64,000 bases of DNA from a virus. Numbering within the stretch: the first letter of the stretch is position 1; the number at the start of each line of letters is the position of its first letter. Below the pieces are notes generated by a model that did not search any database, was not told where the DNA came from, and saw only the letters and a program-made list of their open reading frames with translations. Positions 1 to 9,932 of this stretch are shown here, piece after piece. The stretch is from IMG/VR virus record IMGVR_UViG_3300042448_000816, positions 1 to 64,000 of that record; one strand, written 5' to 3'. The translations under genes were made by a program, and so were the position numbers.

Positions 1-223
1 AATGGAGGGGTTCGAGACTGGCTACTGGACTCCAGAGTCATTAGACGAGTTTGCTTCCGACCTTCTTGAGGAGGCTTGACAAGTCCCCTTCGGGGGGGGG
101 CGGCCCCCTGTGGATAACCTGTGCAGATCTTTGTTATGAAGTTGTTATGAAACCCCCCGAAAATCTGCCACAAATGTCGGTAGGGTGTGATAGGGTTTTA
201 GTAATCAGATGAAAGGAAACAAA

Positions 224-1060
224 ATGATACTAATTCAGGAAGTGATTTGGGCAGACGACCCAATGTTTGACGGAGAAGTTTACCTAAGCGAAAAGGAGAT
301 TGACTAATGGACAAGATGTGTGTTTATTGCGAAAGTGTTTATTCACCAGACACGATTGTTTGCCACTTTTGTAATGAGTATGACGGTCTAATGGAATTGG
401 ATAAAGCCATTGACTACCTAAACCTAGACCCTAACGACTTTTTATAAATGTCGGTAGGGTATGCTAAGTTGGAACTAACGAAAGGAAATGAAATGGAAAA
501 AGTAGAAACATTGGGAACTAGGGACTTGGTTGAGCTTGTAAAGGCAAAGACTGGTCTAACCGACATTGGCGGTTATTCTTATGCCCTGACCCTTGCTTGG
601 GAATTGGCAGACAACAAACTAAAGGCTAAGATTGTAAGACTAATTGAGGAGGACAACTAATGGAAACTTTAGAAGAGCGTTTTGATAACACGCTAGATGA
701 AGTTTATCCTATTTACATAATGGGACAAACATCATTCAGACCTTCAGAAATTCTAAAACAATGCGACCCTATCGCATACCGAATTAGTTTGTCAGAGTTT
801 GAGGAATTTTTTGGAGATGAAGATGACAACTAACGAATTGGAAATGTTGATTTATCAAATTGACCTAATGCTAACGGAAGATGTTGGCGAACTATTTACA
901 ACACCAGAGGAGAAATAAAATGGACTATCTTGTAATTGGAGTTATTGCTCTAGCCCTAATGATTGTTTTTGTTGGAACTCAACTAATGGCAATTTTGTTT
1001 TTGATGTCGGAAAACGAGAAGCTACAAGAAGAAGCAGAAAAAAACTTTCCACCGTTTTGA
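224..1060 (+). CDS. Chain of six micro-ORFs (224-307, 307-447, 493-660, 660-833, 823-918, 920-1060), putative early proteins of unknown function
   Basis: Translated by hand. Stop/start coupling (TAATG) and GAAAGGA SD sites; 307-447 has CxxC..CxxC; 920-1060 has a hydrophobic N-terminus. Confidence 0.6.
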
Positions 1061-1216
1061 TTTGACAAAGCCCCAGAAATGGGGGGCGGCATTTTATTGT
1101 AGATTTGTCAAGTGTTTTAAGAAGTGTTTTAAGATCTCCCCAAAAATTCCTCGTAGTTTTTAGTTGACAATGTCGGTGGGTAATGATAATCTTGTTTTAT
1201 CAACGAAAGGAACCCA

Positions 1217-1738
1217 ATGAACAGTTACTTTGAGATTTACCTAGACTTTGCTAAGAAGGCAAACTTTGGACAAGTGGAGCAAGCAAGTAAGTGGTATCTG
1301 GATGCAGAACGTGTTGCAGCAGAAGTTGCACGTAACCTAGACACTACTCTAGAAGTTGGTGCAAGTATTGTTAGTGCATTCTCACCTAGAGAGCGTTGGA
1401 CTAACAACGTTACTAAGGCGATTAGCTTTTCACTTGGTAATCGCATTCCTGGATTCAAAAACAACATGCTCATGGCTAACAATGCAATAGCCTTTGGGTA
1501 TGACGCTCTAAAGGGAATGAAGACTAATGCATTCGCCAGAGCTATTGCAGGAGACGAGAACGCTGTTGTGATTGACGTCTGGATGTTGAGAGCTGTTGGA
1601 ATTGAAAAGAAGACACCTAACCAAACTCAATACAAAGAATTGGCTAACGCTGTTACAAAAGTTGCTAATGAATTTGGAATGACACCTAGAGCAATGCAAG
1701 CCCTTATCTGGATTGTTGTTAGGGGTAGTGGTGAGTAG
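1217..1738 (+). CDS. Conserved phage protein of unknown function, possibly a DNA-interacting helical enzyme
   Basis: 173 aa with a WY..SP..W..N..K..AF..IDVWM pattern typical of a widespread phage family; GAAAGGAA SD and its own promoter. Confidence 0.6.
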   Translation: MNSYFEIYLDFAKKANFGQVEQASKWYLDAERVAAEVARNLDTTLEVGASIVSAFSPRERWTNNVTKAISFSLGNRIPGFKNNMLMANNAIAFGYDALKGMKTNAFARAIAGDENAVVIDVWMLRAVGIEKKTPNQTQYKELANAVTKVANEFGMTPRAMQALIWIVVRGSGE

Positions 1739-1913
1739 TGACGGCCTAGTATTTTTTGTGATAGCAGTTGTGATATTTTACTTTTTTATATATCAATAAC
1801 TTGACAGATCCCTCGAAAGAGGGTGCGGCCCGTTACCTAATTGTTATAAACTATTTTATGAAGGAGTGTTTTATTCCCCCGAAATGTCGGAGGGTAATGC
1901 TAAGATGAGTAGT

Positions 1914-3009
1914 ATGTTGGGAAAGAGAAACGAAGCCAGAAGAAAAGCTGAGTCTAAAGAATTATTTAGACAGCTAATGAAGTCGCCACACCTTGTCCAA
2001 CAGTCCAAGCAACACAAGCTAACAAGAAGCGAACAGAAAAGGAAGGCAATAAATGACGGATACTAGAAGCTTTTACAGTTGCGATGACTGTGAGTATTGG
2101 TTTACCGAGAAGCCACGCTACAGCTATGACCTCAAGAATGTCTGTGGCAGATGTTATGCTATTCATGCTAACCACCCAACAACTAGAAAGGCAGCTCATG
2201 TTTGAGAATGTAATCAACGAAGAGGCTATTGAAGCCCTAACCGAAGACCAAATTGATACCCTATTGGCAATGTTTGAGAAGGCAGGATACTAATGGACGA
2301 ACAGGCAATTGAGATTAGAGAAGCTTGGGCAGAATACCTAGCTAACCCTGAAGACTATACCTTGGAAGATATTGAAGAGATATTCCAAGACCGAGACCCT
2401 TTTGAGTTTATCTAATGTTAGGACAACTAAGCGTTCACTTTTGTGAAGTGTGTTGTGAGTTTGGTATGGTGTCGGTAGTCAATGGTAAACTAATGGTTCA
2501 GTATTGTGATTGTGAAGTAGAAACAGTAGAAGGAGAATAGCAATGGGAATGATGACAGCAATGGGAATTGCCGAAACAGAAGTATCACTAGAGCAACAGA
2601 TAGCTTGGCACTTGGCAGGTAATCACTATCCACCAATTCCAAAAGCAATGGTTCCAGTTTGTATTGAAGCTATTGACGCTTATTGGGAGATGGACTATGA
2701 CAGACTAATCCAATTACCAACTGATGGACTAGACCGTAATGGAGAGCCATTCCAAATTAGATGGCGTGATGGTTCAGACAAAGCTCCAGCTCACGCAATT
2801 ATTGAACACGCTCACCTAGACGCTTGGCTAGTTGATGACTATGAAGAAGAAGAGGAAGACTAATGGCGTATCTAACTAACACTTGGTATGTTGAGTATCA
2901 AGATGGATCGATTGAGCCCGTTGCTAATCTGGCTACTGCCAGGCACTTGGTGATGTCTAATGTTGCTATTAGAATTATAGACATAAACAGGATGTTAGCA
3001 ACACACTAA
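1914..3009 (+). CDS. Chain of small ORFs (1914-2066, 2053-2205, 2198-2293, 2293-2415, 2415-2540, 2543-2863, 2863-3009)
   Basis: Translated by hand; coupled stops and starts. 2053-2205 and 2415-2540 are Cys-rich; 2543-2863 matches the ORF track. Confidence 0.6.
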
Positions 3010-3203
3010 GCAATAAACTTGACAGGTACCCCGAAAGGGGGCCGCACCACCTTTGACCCCAAAAGTCAAGTTTAAGAAGATAACGATTTTTCCCCCAAAT
3101 CGTTATAAATAAATGGTCGTAAACACTTGATAATGTCGGTGGTCTTTGCTACAATGGGGGTATCAACAAAAGTTGGTAAAAATCAAATAGAAAGAAGCAG
3201 AAA

Positions 3204-3356
3204 ATGGAAAACACTCTAACTGTTGGCTCACAGTTCACAACCGCCAAGAGCAAGGTCTCTGGCATTATTCAGGAAGTCGTAGAAAACAAGAACGGCACTT
3301 TCCGTGTTCGTCTTGATGTAGCTGGTCAGCCACGCTGGACAACTGTAATCAAGTAA
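3204..3356 (+). CDS. Small hypothetical protein (MENTLTVGSQFTTAKSKV..., 50 aa)
   Basis: Open frame directly downstream of the promoter at 3127-3155. Confidence 0.65.
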   Translation: MENTLTVGSQFTTAKSKVSGIIQEVVENKNGTFRVRLDVAGQPRWTTVIK

Positions 3357-3380
3357 TCTCCACTCCTAAAACTGACGAAA

Positions 3381-3408
3381 ACTGCTGGGTATCAGTCTAA
3401 ACTACCCA
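3381..3408 (+). ncRNA. H-type pseudoknot repeat, copy 1
   Basis: ACTG-CT-GGGTA-T-CAGT-CTAAAC-TACCC. Confidence 0.75.
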
Positions 3409-3485
3409 CCCATAAATGTCGGTGGTATCCGATACAATAAGCAAGTAAACAAATAACCCTAACAAAGAAAAGGAAGCAATAAACT

Positions 3486-3932
3486 ATGGCAAGAACGCTG
3501 TCAGTAAAAATCCCAACAAGCAAACTAATCGCAGACATAGAAGCGTCTATCGCAAAGATTGACGAAGATGTTGAGGCGTATGCTGGATTGCGTAAGCAGT
3601 ATGAGCTAGATGTCAAAAAGTATCAAGATGACCTAGTTGCTCACGCTATCAAGGCACTATCAGACCCAAGCAACATTGGAACAGAATACGGAAGTCTGGT
3701 TCGTCTTAGCACAAATCACTATCGTAATGATGTGTCTGTTGAGTTTGACCCAGAGGGACTAGGTTTCCCAAAGAAGCCAGAAGAGCCAGTCAAGCCAAAC
3801 GACAAAACTCATTTTGGTAGAGAATACATCTCTCGTAAGGAATTGCTAACTCGCAATCTCCGTATCCTGAAGATGACAACCCAAGAGGAAGTATCAGCAA
3901 GTTCTTACTCTGCTGTTATTGACCTTATCTAA
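3486..3932 (+). CDS. Hypothetical coiled-coil protein
   Basis: 148-aa ORF with SD, downstream of box promoter 3416. Confidence 0.75.
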   Translation: MARTLSVKIPTSKLIADIEASIAKIDEDVEAYAGLRKQYELDVKKYQDDLVAHAIKALSDPSNIGTEYGSLVRLSTNHYRNDVSVEFDPEGLGFPKKPEEPVKPNDKTHFGREYISRKELLTRNLRILKMTTQEEVSASSYSAVIDLI

Positions 3933-3973
3933 CTTAGGGAAATACCCCTGCCTAGCAGGTTCAACGCCCGAAG

Positions 3974-4000
3974 CAACCTGAGCAAGTTGTAAAACTGCTT
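3974..4000 (+). ncRNA. H-type pseudoknot repeat, copy 2
   Basis: CAAC-CT-GAGCA-A-GTTG-TAAAAC-TGCTT. Confidence 0.75.
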
Positions 4001-4232
4001 CCACAAGTTGGCACAAATACTGAGTCTGTAAAGACCTAAAGCTGAAGCCAACTTTTCCCTGTGAAGTGATCTGGATAGATTGCTGGTAGCAGGGAAAAAG
4101 TGGGGCGGCCCTCCAGGCCACCCACATACCATTTACGAAGTCAATTAAGAATCTCCCAAAAATTTTCCCAAATAGTATTGATAATGTCGGTGGTTAGTAG
4201 TAAAATGGAAGCAACCAAGGAAAGGAATAATC

Positions 4233-4931
4233 ATGGCGTATGATGAAATCAAAAATGTAGGATACGTGTCCTATGACGGAAACTATGGTGAGCAAGCAGA
4301 CTTGCTTATCTTTGATAGCAATTCCCTTACCCCCCAGCAATGGGAAACCCTAGGTGAGGTAAACGACAACAGCAGGTATGAATACGTTGAAGCTATCTTC
4401 AATGGCAAAGACTTATCAGAATGGGAGCAGTAATGCCTAGATACTACGTAAAGATGAGAATTGACTTTGATGGAGAGATTGAAGCAGACTCAATGCAAGA
4501 AGCAGAACAGTTAGCTTACACCTCTTGGGGAGACAGCGTGACTGATGACATATCATATGATGGTGTCTACAGCATAGACCTTGAAGAGATTGAAGATGAA
4601 GAAGAAGATGAGGACGAAGAGTAATGTCGGTAGGTCTTGGTAAAATTGAAGAAAGAAAGGAAACTATGAAAAGCTGGCAAGTAGAGTATTCTGCTACCTA
4701 TTGGGTAAACGCAGAAACCGAAGATGAGGCAATTGAGCTGGGTATGGAGAAGCATTCCGAATTACCAGACGGAGATTGGAACGCCTTTATTGACCCCTAT
4801 GATAGCAACAACTTCAATACCCTTGGAGAAAAGTAATGGAACACGAATGCTATGGATACATAGACTTATTCAACATCAGCAATAACAAGAATATCAAGTG
4901 TGCTGAATGTGGAAAAGAGTTGGGAACCTGA
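4233..4931 (+). CDS. Four small ORFs (4233-4433, 4433-4624, 4666-4836, 4836-4931)
   Basis: Coupled ORFs. 4433 and 4666 share a (V/I)xAxSxxEAxxxA-like pattern also seen at 7319 and 7688. Confidence 0.65.
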
Positions 4932-5030
4932 TGTCGGTGGGTGACCTTATAATGATAGAGTGTCCTAGGCACGAAGGCAATTTCGATTGCACACCATTCT
5001 GCAATATATGTGAAGGAGAACAGGAATACA

Positions 5031-5543
5031 ATGGGAACTAGAGGACTAACTAAAGTAATCAAGAACGACAAAGTAGTTGTAGCACAGTATGGCCAATGGG
5101 ACCACTACCCAAGTGGACAAGGTCTAACAGCCCTAAGATTTTTGAGGGATGAGACTAACGTAGAGAAGCTAGACAAAGGTCTTTACTGGCTCTATGAAAC
5201 CACTGATGAAGACGTAGAGGAGACACTTGATAGAACTGGTGATAACTTTGCAACTGCTTATCCTAGTCTTACTAGAGATACAGGTGCAGGCATTCTCGAA
5301 CTCATTGCTAATGCTAAAGGTGCCTTGCCAGTCGTCTTGAAGACTGATTTTGAAAACGATGAACTATTTTGTGAGGGTGTATTTACAGTAGACCTAGACA
5401 AGAAAAGATTCATAACAAAAACTGATTTAGGTATAACTACATTGCCACTTGATTCACTAATAAACGTTAGTGATGAAATGTATCTGGAGCAGACAAGGTG
5501 CCCAGTACATGGATATCAAAAAAATGAAACAGCTGTAGCCTAA
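5031..5543 (+). CDS. Conserved phage protein of the MGTR...YxxWDxYP type
   Basis: N-terminal MGTRG and QYGQWDHYPSG motifs. Confidence 0.7.
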   Translation: MGTRGLTKVIKNDKVVVAQYGQWDHYPSGQGLTALRFLRDETNVEKLDKGLYWLYETTDEDVEETLDRTGDNFATAYPSLTRDTGAGILELIANAKGALPVVLKTDFENDELFCEGVFTVDLDKKRFITKTDLGITTLPLDSLINVSDEMYLEQTRCPVHGYQKNETAVA

Positions 5544-5583
5544 GCATGTTGGCCTAACCTTACTTCCTTTCTGTTAGGTCAAC

Positions 5584-5611
5584 CGTCCTGGACATGACGT
5601 CAAACTGTCCA
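5584..5611 (+). ncRNA. H-type pseudoknot repeat, copy 3
   Basis: CGTC-CT-GGACA-T-GACG-TCAAAC-TGTCC. Confidence 0.75.
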
Positions 5612-5768
5612 CCGTCTGGGCCGCACCCCATCCCTGGCCAAAAGTCAAGTCCTTTACGATCTATTTACGAAGACCCCGAAAAATCTCCCGAAAAATAGTC
5701 TTGACAAATGTCAGTGGTTCGTGTGATAATAGTCTTATCAAATCAAACACTAATGAAAGGTAATACCA

Positions 5769-6782
5769 ATGGCACATTTGCTAGAATCAGTAAACGGAGA
5801 AACCGCTTTCGCTTCCCTTCGTGAGCCAGCTTGGCACGGATTGGGAACAGTCTTCACTGAGGAAGTATCCACAGCCAAAATGCTAGAGTTGGCTAAACTA
5901 AATAAATGGGACGTTCGTCTTGAAGATGTAGCAATTCCAGCAGGCTTTGAGAGTGATAAGTCTTATTCATTCGTGACTAGGACTAACCCATTTGACACAA
6001 CCAAGAATGATGTTCTTGGTGTTGTTGGTGAGCGTTATGTTCCTCTCCAGAATGAAGACCTATTTGACTTTGCCGACAACTTGCTAGACAACGGTGGTCG
6101 TTGGGAGACAGCAGGTTCAATCAAGGGTGGTCGTGTTGTCTTTGGTGCCTTGGCATTGGAGAGAGAGACCGTCATTGACCCGAATGGTGTTGGAGATAAA
6201 GTAAACACTTATCTTCTAGTAAACACTAGCCACGACGGCTCTGTTGCTATTCAGGCTAGTATTACTCCCGTTCGTGTTGTATGTGCCAACACCCTCAACC
6301 TAGCATTAGGTAATCGTGGTCGTGGTGGTTCTGTCAAGCAGTCATTCAAGATTAGACACACTCAGACAGCAAGTGGTAAAGTTCAGATTGCTCGTGAGGC
6401 ATTGGGCTTGGCTAACGCATACATTGACGAGTTTAGTCTAATGGCAAACAAGATGATTCAGACTGAGGTTAGCAAAAAGAAGTTTGATGAAATTGTTTCG
6501 GCATTGTATCCACAGCCAAAAGAAGATAGCAAGAAAGTATCAGCAACCAAGTATGCTAACAAGATTGACCTTATCAACGAAATCTATGTTGGTGATTTCA
6601 ATAACACAATTACTGGAACAGCTTGGGGTGTGGCTAACGCTCTCACCGAAAGACTAGACTGGTATCGTTCGGGTCGTAAGGGCAAGACAGAATCTATCTT
6701 GGCTTCTGCTTCTGGCTTTGACCCAATCACAAACGCAGAGAAGAACAGAATCTTCAAGGCGGTTCAGTTGGCAACAGCCTAA
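5769..6782 (+). CDS. DUF932 family (TIGR03299-like) phage/plasmid protein
   Basis: PAWHGLG, Y.PLQN, ETAGS..GG, NTSHDGS, TPVRVVCANTL, RHT and GTAWG motifs. Confidence 0.9.
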   Translation: MAHLLESVNGETAFASLREPAWHGLGTVFTEEVSTAKMLELAKLNKWDVRLEDVAIPAGFESDKSYSFVTRTNPFDTTKNDVLGVVGERYVPLQNEDLFDFADNLLDNGGRWETAGSIKGGRVVFGALALERETVIDPNGVGDKVNTYLLVNTSHDGSVAIQASITPVRVVCANTLNLALGNRGRGGSVKQSFKIRHTQTASGKVQIAREALGLANAYIDEFSLMANKMIQTEVSKKKFDEIVSALYPQPKEDSKKVSATKYANKIDLINEIYVGDFNNTITGTAWGVANALTERLDWYRSGRKGKTESILASASGFDPITNAEKNRIFKAVQLATA

Positions 6783-6789
6783 AAACAAA

Positions 6790-6816
6790 ACACCTGAGCA
6801 AGTGTCAAAACTGCTC
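6790..6816 (+). ncRNA. H-type pseudoknot repeat, copy 4
   Basis: ACAC-CT-GAGCA-A-GTGT-CAAAAC-TGCTC. Confidence 0.75.
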
Positions 6817-6939
6817 CCCAAAATGGGGTGCGGCTACTTTACATAATAAAATAATTAACAACAAAAATAACTTTAAGAAGATCCAAAATATTTTCCCGAA
6901 TTCCTTGATAATGTCGGAGGGTATCAGTATAATATACTC

Positions 6940-7332
6940 ATGAACGTAAAAATGATTGATACAGAAAAAGCAGAAATCCTTCTAGGCATGACTAAAGAAG
7001 GGCATTGGGTTGCTCCTCATGCTGTTGTAAATACCCCCAAAGGTTTAGCAACCGTATGCTATGAAGGTGTAGGTTGGTTTGAATTCGAGGGTATGTACAG
7101 TATCCTTGTTGGAGACGACTATAGAGATTGGACTAAGCTAATTACTAAAAAGGAATTACTTAGTATTATCTCTAATGAGGAGACCACTCTTCATAAAATG
7201 ATTGACCCACATAACGATAGGACTAGATCCAATCTGTTTACTTGGGAGAATCAAATCAAGAATACCCCACAAAATGTCGTAGGGTCAGACTATAATGGAA
7301 CCGAGAGAGAGGTGGCAAATGCCATTGTATAA
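6940..7332 (+). CDS. Hypothetical protein, probably leaderless
   Basis: 130-aa ORF; ATG lies 6 nt after TATAAT (6928-6933). Confidence 0.65.
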   Translation: MNVKMIDTEKAEILLGMTKEGHWVAPHAVVNTPKGLATVCYEGVGWFEFEGMYSILVGDDYRDWTKLITKKELLSIISNEETTLHKMIDPHNDRTRSNLFTWENQIKNTPQNVVGSDYNGTEREVANAIV

Positions 7333-7498
7333 AGTCCAAAGAGAATACATCAACTGGGAAGAAATTACTATAGAAGCTGATTCTAAGGAAGAAGCTTTGT
7401 CTAAAGCAGAAGATGACGAGGTTGTTTGGGAGTATTCTCATGATGTTAGTACATACTACTACACTGGAGAGATGTGGGTAGGAGAAGCAGATGAGTAA
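7319..7498 (+). CDS. Small acidic hypothetical protein
   Basis: GAGGTGG SD before the ATG at 7319; downstream of box promoter 7274. Confidence 0.65.
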   Translation: MPLYKVQREYINWEEITIEADSKEEALSKAEDDEVVWEYSHDVSTYYYTGEMWVGEADE

Positions 7499-7687
7499 GA
7501 AGCATGTTCATTACTATGCATATGGAGCATGTGCATTCTGTGGCAAGACAGTAAACAAAGGACTAGGCGTAGACCTATACAAAGGGAAGGTAGTCTAGTG
7601 GAGCTTATTATAATAATACTAACAATACTACTGGTAGCTGGTAGTCCAAACATGTTCTTTTCAAACGACAAAAGGTGGTAGGTTATA

Positions 7688-8206
7688 ATGCACGTATTGC
7701 AATGGATAGCTGTTCAGGCTGAGAACGATGACGAAGCAATGAAGTTGGTTGAGGGCAAGCTACAAGCTGAGTTAGGTAGTAATGAGTTTGCTACTAACTC
7801 TTGGTTTGATTGGTTTGTAATTGGTGGGGGTAGATTCAATCCTGACCAAGACCCATATCAATCTTCATCTAATATGATTATCTCTAGTAAAGATAGGGAT
7901 AAGTTTGATAGAACTATCGTTGATGTAATGACATCTAGAGTTGATGAGTTCAATAGCTACCGAAAATCTTTCGAGGCTAAAGACCTAGACCTAAGTGCTA
8001 AGTTAGATAGTTATACAGGTGAGATGAGATATGACTTTGAGTTGTATGAGCTGAAGAAGATGATTGACATGTATCAAGGGGAATGGGATATGAACTCCTA
8101 CTTCTTTGATATTCACCATGAGAGCACCAACGTAAATCATATGCAAAATGACCTTGACTTGAACCCCGATATGTGGTATCTTGTTCCTGTAGACTTTCAC
8201 TTTTAG
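7688..8206 (+). CDS. Hypothetical protein (WFDWFVIGGGRF...VPVDFHF type)
   Basis: 172-aa ORF with a motif pattern typical of phage proteins. Confidence 0.75.
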   Translation: MHVLQWIAVQAENDDEAMKLVEGKLQAELGSNEFATNSWFDWFVIGGGRFNPDQDPYQSSSNMIISSKDRDKFDRTIVDVMTSRVDEFNSYRKSFEAKDLDLSAKLDSYTGEMRYDFELYELKKMIDMYQGEWDMNSYFFDIHHESTNVNHMQNDLDLNPDMWYLVPVDFHF

Positions 8207-8528
8207 GGAGGAGAGACAAATGACAATGAACCAACTAATGGAGCAAATCTTGGCAATCCTGCCAAACGCTGTATTTGGAGAAGAAGACAACGGAGAAATC
8301 CTAATCGCAACAGGACTAGTTGAAGTTGATGCTGGTAGCAATCTAGTAGAGCTAGACTAATAAGATGAATATAGATACAAGATATGTAACAGGTAACCTA
8401 GCCAAAGACATACAGTTCCTAAAAGATAATCTAACTATGGAGGATGCTGATATGTTCAGAGCTCAGGTGCAGTTTATAATGTCGGTAGGTAATGATACAA
8501 TCAAACCCAACGAACAGGAGAAACCCCA

Positions 8529-8933
8529 ATGACAGTAAAACCCATTGAGATACCAGAACCCACATATACAGAATACCAAGGTTGGGACAAGTGGGCAGAG
8601 AAGTTCAAGCCTATCCACAATCACTTTAGCAATGACCCAGACCAAGATATGTTTGAGACCTATGGTGAAGAAGTAGACTATGTCACCAAGGCAGACAACA
8701 AGTATATCTGGACTTGGATACAAGGAGATATGTCTGACCTTATTGTGGCAGGGTATCACTATGTAAATAGATTAGGATACTACATTACCGAAGTTCCTTG
8801 GGACGACGAGTATGACTATGCCTTGTTATCTGTTGAGATAGAGTGTGAGTGCTATGACGAAGAGACTGGTGAAGGTAAGGACGAATGTCCTGAATGTGAA
8901 GGATATGGATTGGTGACTAAGTATGTTGACTAG
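8529..8933 (+). CDS. Hypothetical protein with C-terminal Cys cluster
   Basis: FETYGEE and GYHYVNRLGYYITE motifs; CECY...CPEC at the C-terminus. Confidence 0.75.
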   Translation: MTVKPIEIPEPTYTEYQGWDKWAEKFKPIHNHFSNDPDQDMFETYGEEVDYVTKADNKYIWTWIQGDMSDLIVAGYHYVNRLGYYITEVPWDDEYDYALLSVEIECECYDEETGEGKDECPECEGYGLVTKYVD

Positions 8934-9270
8934 AAGCAAGGCTGATAGCCTAACCCCGTACGTGTACGACCTGAATATATTTCAAAGAGAGTTGCTAGAC
9001 TCATCTGGCCAGTACAGGCATGCTGGTCCGTGGTACATTCATATCTATGAATATAACGACGGTAACGTTGAAGAGCTCAGCAACCCTATACAGCTAACCT
9101 GGGATGAGTATAATAGTCTTATTGCTAATGACCCATACTTCCAAGACCATGAGCCAGACCTATGGTATGGCCTAGAGGGGTTTATGTTTGAGAAGTGGGA
9201 TGTCATGTCAGATGGACTGAAGCTGGTATTTGAAAGTCTACCAAAGTATAAAGAAGAAGTGTTGTTTTAA
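8923..9270 (+). CDS. Hypothetical protein
   Basis: 115-aa ORF overlapping the previous gene. Confidence 0.7.
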   Translation: MLTRSKADSLTPYVYDLNIFQRELLDSSGQYRHAGPWYIHIYEYNDGNVEELSNPIQLTWDEYNSLIANDPYFQDHEPDLWYGLEGFMFEKWDVMSDGLKLVFESLPKYKEEVLF

Positions 9271-9440
9271 TAGCTTGGGAGCGATCCTACTAAAATAGCG
9301 GGAAGGTTGTGGGTAACACATACTTCACTGCACTGATGCTAGGTTAATGGGTTTTCCTAGCCAATCAGTAAATGACGGGGAGAGGGTACCAGAATTGGGT
9401 CTTGTATCCTCTCCCTGTATCTGGTATAATGAGAGGACTT

Positions 9441-9650
9441 ATGAGAAGAATACAAACTAGAGAAGAAAAGGCAGCAACTAAAATAGCAACAATCGTAAAC
9501 GACATAACATTGGATTTAGATTTTGTCGGTATTTATCTGGCAAGAACAGCACCAACAATTTCATACAATCGTTTACTACTAATAGCAGAATCAGCAGAGT
9601 TTGAGAAAGAGAGTGTAGATGTCAGAAACAGCCACAACCCCCTTTTCTAA
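9441..9650 (+). CDS. Hypothetical protein
   Basis: Start moved to 9441, downstream of TGGTATAAT (9422-9430). Confidence 0.6.
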   Translation: MRRIQTREEKAATKIATIVNDITLDLDFVGIYLARTAPTISYNRLLLIAESAEFEKESVDVRNSHNPLF

Positions 9651-9918
9651 TAGGGTTGCTATCCTAGCAGAATTATGGATAGACTTCCGAGAAGAGCCAG
9701 GGTATACAGATTTGATAGAGTATGGAGATTTGGGATTCCCACTTGCCTATGCTATTTACAACGAGATAGCCAAGCCAACAGAGCTAGCAGAAAAATACAT
9801 TGATGAGCTTTGGGACTTGCTCCTTGCTGGATTAGACCTTGAGGATTCTGGGGATTTTGAAATCCTAGGTAACTTGTTTGACGCTTCTGAAACTCGTGGA
9901 AAGTTTATTCAAGACTAG
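9619..9918 (+). CDS. Hypothetical acidic protein; last gene of the + strand block
   Basis: 99-aa ORF with DLGFPLAYAI motif. Confidence 0.7.
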   Translation: MSETATTPFSNRVAILAELWIDFREEPGYTDLIEYGDLGFPLAYAIYNEIAKPTELAEKYIDELWDLLLAGLDLEDSGDFEILGNLFDASETRGKFIQD

Positions 9919-9932
9919 CCCCCTCCTCCATC

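Larger units (their letters stand above)
174..8501 (+). promoter_or_regulatory. 14 putative early promoters with an ATGTCGG(T/A)RG box 17 nt before a TAnnnT -10 (box starts at 174, 448, 1170, 1884, 2469, 3133, 3416, 4184, 4624, 4931, 5708, 6911, 7274, 8479)
   Basis: Spacing checked for every copy; 13 of 14 give TAnnnT and one gives GATAAT. Confidence 0.85.

Noticed and set aside
92-100. G9 homopolymer as a phase-variation switch
   Set aside because: It is the 3' arm of a CCCC-TTCG-GGGG hairpin running into the KGCGGC motif; length variation cannot be judged without reads.
3372-3381. CTGACGAAA resembling a hammerhead core
   Set aside because: There is no stem II between CUGANGA and GAAA and no flanking stems.
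448-4666. ORF-track starts at 448, 1866 and 4624
   Set aside because: They begin in or upstream of the ATGTCGG promoter box, before the -10. Better starts are 493, 1914 and 4666.
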